A DNA stretch of 64,000 nucleotides from Hemiscyllium ocellatum (lineage: Eukaryota): assembly GCF_020745735.1 (NCBI RefSeq), contig NC_083409.1:17504341-17568340 (forward strand), in the 5' to 3' direction. A program made the translations under genes and the position numbers. The notes under the pieces are model-generated. The model was not told the DNA's origin, did not search any database, and saw only the letters and a list, made by a program, of their open reading frames with translations. Shown here piece by piece: positions 62,191 through 64,000 of this stretch. Every line of letters begins with the position of its first letter. Within the stretch, counting starts at the first letter, position 1.

Positions 62191-63440
62191 AACGTACTTG
62201 AACTCATTTTTACCAATCTGCCAGCTGCAGATGCTTCTGTCCACGAAAGTACCAGTAAGGGTGACCACCGCACAGTCCTTGTGAAGACCAACACCCGCCT
62301 TCATTGAGAATAGCCTCCATCGTGTTGTGTGGCACTTTCACGAGACTAACTGGGACAGACTTACAACCAATCTCACAACTCATGACTGGGCATCCATGAA
62401 GTACTGTGGGCCATCAACAGCAGCAGAATTGTGCTCCAGCCCCGACACGACCATTATCATCAAACCAGGGAATCAACACTGGTTCAATGGAGAATTCAGG
62501 AGGGCGTACCAGGAGCAGCACCAGTCATTCATCAAGATGAGGTATTCCTGCATTCCTGATGAAGGGTTTTTGCCCGAAAGGTCGATTTTACTGCTCCTCG
62601 GATGCTGCCTGAACTGCTGTGCTTTTCCAGCACCACTCTAATCTAGACTCTGGTTTCCAGCATCTGCAGTCATTGTTTTTACCAAGATGAGGTATTTACC
62701 GGGTGAAACCACCAAACAGGACTACTTGCATGGCAAGCAGCACAAGCAGCAATTGACAGACAGTATTAGACAACACACAACCAATGGATCAGGTCTAAGC
62801 TCTGCAGCCCTGTCACATCCAGTCATGAGTGCTGGTAGACGATTAAACATCTCACTGGATGAGCGGGCTCCACAAATATCCCCACCCTCAATGATGGAAG
62901 AGTCCAACACATCAGGGCAAAAGATAAGGCTGAAGCTTTTGCAGAAATCCTCAGCCAGAAGTTCTGAGTGGATGATCCATCTTGGCCTCCGCCAGTGGTC
63001 CTCAGCATTAAAGATAACCATCTTCAGTCAATTTGATTCACTCCACGTGTTATCAAGAAATGGGTGGAGGCACTGGGTACTGCAAAGGCTTTGGACCCTA
63101 ACAACATTCTGGTAATAATACTGAAGACTTGTGCTCCAGAACTTGTCACTTCCCTAGCCAAGCTGTTCCAGGAAAGCTATAACACTAGCATCTGCCCAAC
63201 AATGTGGAAAATTACCCAACTATGTCCTGTACATAAAAAGCAAGTCAAATCCAAGCCAGCCAGTTACCGCCCCATCAGTCTCCTCTCGATAATCGGGAAA
63301 GTGATGGAATGTCATCAACAGTGCTATCAATCAGCACCTGCTCAGCAATAACCTGCTCAGTGATGCCCAGTTTGGGTTCCACCAGGGTCACTCAGCTCCT
63401 GGCTTCATTACAGATTGGTTCAAACATGGACAAAAGAGTT
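62190..63440 (+). mobile_element. Second CR1/L2-group LINE family, ORF2 fragment (end of endonuclease to start of RT)
   Basis: LELIFTNLP..DHRTVLV, IKPGNQHWFNGEFRRAYQEQH, ILKTCAPELVTSLAKLFQ, SYRPISLLSII. Confidence 0.85.
62547..62682 (+). mobile_element. Penelope-like terminal-repeat fragment with hammerhead relic and 14-bp TSD
   Basis: cctgatgaagggtttttgcccgaaaggtcgat...gatgctgcctgaactgctgtgcttttccagcacc; flanked by caagatgaggtatt at 62533-62546 and 62683-62696. Confidence 0.8.
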
Positions 63441-64000
63441 GAATTAGGGATGAGCAACAAATGCTGGTCTTGGGAAACTGGGGATAAGCAACAAATCCTG
63501 GCCAACCAGTGATGCTCACATTACACAAAATGAATAATTTTTTAAAAACACTTGTCAAGTTATAGGTAAACCTCAACATGTGATTGAACCAGCATCCTTA
63601 ATTCCTCTCCCAGTTTTTGAGGAACCATTCAGTCGTGTACAGGTGTGTCAAGTAGTGAGTATAATGGAGGAGGGGATGAGAAAAAGCATGAGATCCAAAG
63701 GCAATTGGACAATTTCCAAAGTGAACTTCCTCCTATGAGGTGAACAAATTCAGAGATATTAGAGAATTCAGACACTGTATTTTTGCATCTGGAGGAAGAT
63801 CAACAGAGGGACAGAGTGAGATTGCTCAGAGAATACAAAGAAGTTTGTGTGAGGAGTGGTTGGAGTTTGTCTTCGGTCTGTACTTGATGGAGTTTGGAAG
63901 GATGAGGGGCAATCTCAGTGAAACATACTGTATCCTGAGAGGCCTGGATAGAGTAGACATGGAGAAGATGTTTCCACTTGGCAGAGAGACTGAGGGCACA

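Noticed and set aside
44400-64000. Search for additional V, J or RSS-flanked segments upstream of the leader
   Set aside because: None recognised by eye; the region is almost entirely retroelement relics. A profile search could still reveal decayed segments.

Overview
A 64-kb, repeat-dense elasmobranch (shark) genomic window, probably from a carpet shark such as Chiloscyllium, judging by the HE1 SINE tails and the Ig sequence. It has one 500-N scaffold gap (10312-10811). The main gene is a kappa-type (nurse-shark NS4/type III-like) immunoglobulin light-chain cluster on the minus strand, with leader at 44080-44128, V-J exon at 43575-43893 and C exon at 33280-33608. V and J are already fused in the assembled DNA, with no RSS between them. 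The junction is out of frame, V has three stop codons, CDR1 is three codons short and the J splice donor reads GG. The C exon is fully intact. About 19 kb downstream, convergently on the plus strand, are the last two coding exons of CEP350 (11296-11418 and 14047-14211); the ORF track does not show them as a gene. A 3.5-5.5 kb segmental duplication (3053-6563 vs 18844-24395) and an inverted 444-bp match (1-444 vs 12013-12450) suggest that this CEP350/Ig neighbourhood has been duplicated and rearranged. The rest is mostly decayed CR1, L1-like, L2-group, Gmr1-like Gypsy, HE1/Deu SINE and Penelope relics. These include minimal hammerhead-ribozyme motifs and an RT-less L1 derivative. Comparisons with known proteins and repeats are from memory, no searches were run, and repeat boundaries are approximate.
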